A DNA stretch of 63,946 bases, counting the filler, from Octopus bimaculoides (taxonomy: Eukaryota), in NCBI RefSeq assembly GCF_001194135.2. It is 8 parts of 8 records of this genome, joined end to end, with 100 filler letters (N's around TTAATTAATTAA, not from the genome) between each part and the next. Parts side by side here need not be neighbours in the genome. Positions count along the whole stretch, not along the records: positions 58,159 to 63,946 come from NC_068985.1; 7 more parts are not named here. One strand, given 5' to 3'. Shown piece after piece: positions 63,421 through 63,946 of the stretch. The stretch's first letter is position 1. Each line of letters opens with the position of its first letter. The notes beneath the pieces are model-generated. The model did not search any database and was not told the DNA's origin. It worked only from the letters and a program-made list of their open reading frames with translations. The translations under genes and the position numbers were made by a program.

Positions 63421-63946
63421 CATGTATTATATACTCACCCTTAAAAATAACTGCCCTTGAATCTATTTATATATATTTTTTTATTCTTTTGCAGGTTCCA
63501 GCTATTGGATAGTGAGCACAGGCATAACATTATGGTTAATAACTTTTACTTCACAATCACGCAGTTCCGGTTCGATTTCACTAAACGGCTGTTCGGTTCG
63601 ATTACATTACACACTACTTTATAAAACATAAATTCTTTATAAAGTAGCTGTAGGTAGAATCCAAGTATTATGAGTGAAACTAGATAAAGAGTGATTATAT
63701 GGAAGTCCGTAGAAAAACGTTTTCCAGGTATTAGGTGGTAGACTTGATTCAACGACCAATTTAACTTCATCACATTGCTCTTGGTTACTCTTAGTGGAGT
63801 TAGTGCTAAGGCAATTATTTGGATCTCAAGTACAGGACTACTTTTTAACTCCAGGAAAACATCTTTTCCAGCTGGTTTATCGACACATGTTCTGTGTCCA
63901 AGCCACTGTTTGCAATATATATATATATATATATAATATATATATA

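Overview
Animal (non-microbial) genomic scaffold: AT-rich, crowded with microsatellites, and broken by many N gaps. It is most likely a cephalopod such as Octopus (inference from the repeat content). The only host-gene sequence I can support is one 171-bp, phase-0 coding exon on the + strand (39195-39365) from the extracellular ligand-binding (Venus flytrap) domain of a GABA-B receptor, closest to subunit 2. The rest of the window is therefore probably intron. It holds about 30 copies of at least five tRNA-derived SINE families, decayed LINEs (three R4/Dong, two RTE), Penelope-like element fragments, a Tigger/pogo transposon, a Mutator/Foldback-like element inserted in a SINE, and a long-TIR MITE. 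The most interesting signal is a tRNA-headed, SINE-like element carrying a minimal type I hammerhead ribozyme. One copy has a complete motif (54399-54444, - strand) in an inverted arrangement with a head-to-head palindrome; a second copy is decayed (62392-62437, +). Four more hammerhead 3' halves occur in Penelope-like or unassigned repeats. A pre-miRNA-like hairpin lies at 36336-36413. Family assignments come from manual translation and motif recall; no database searches were run.
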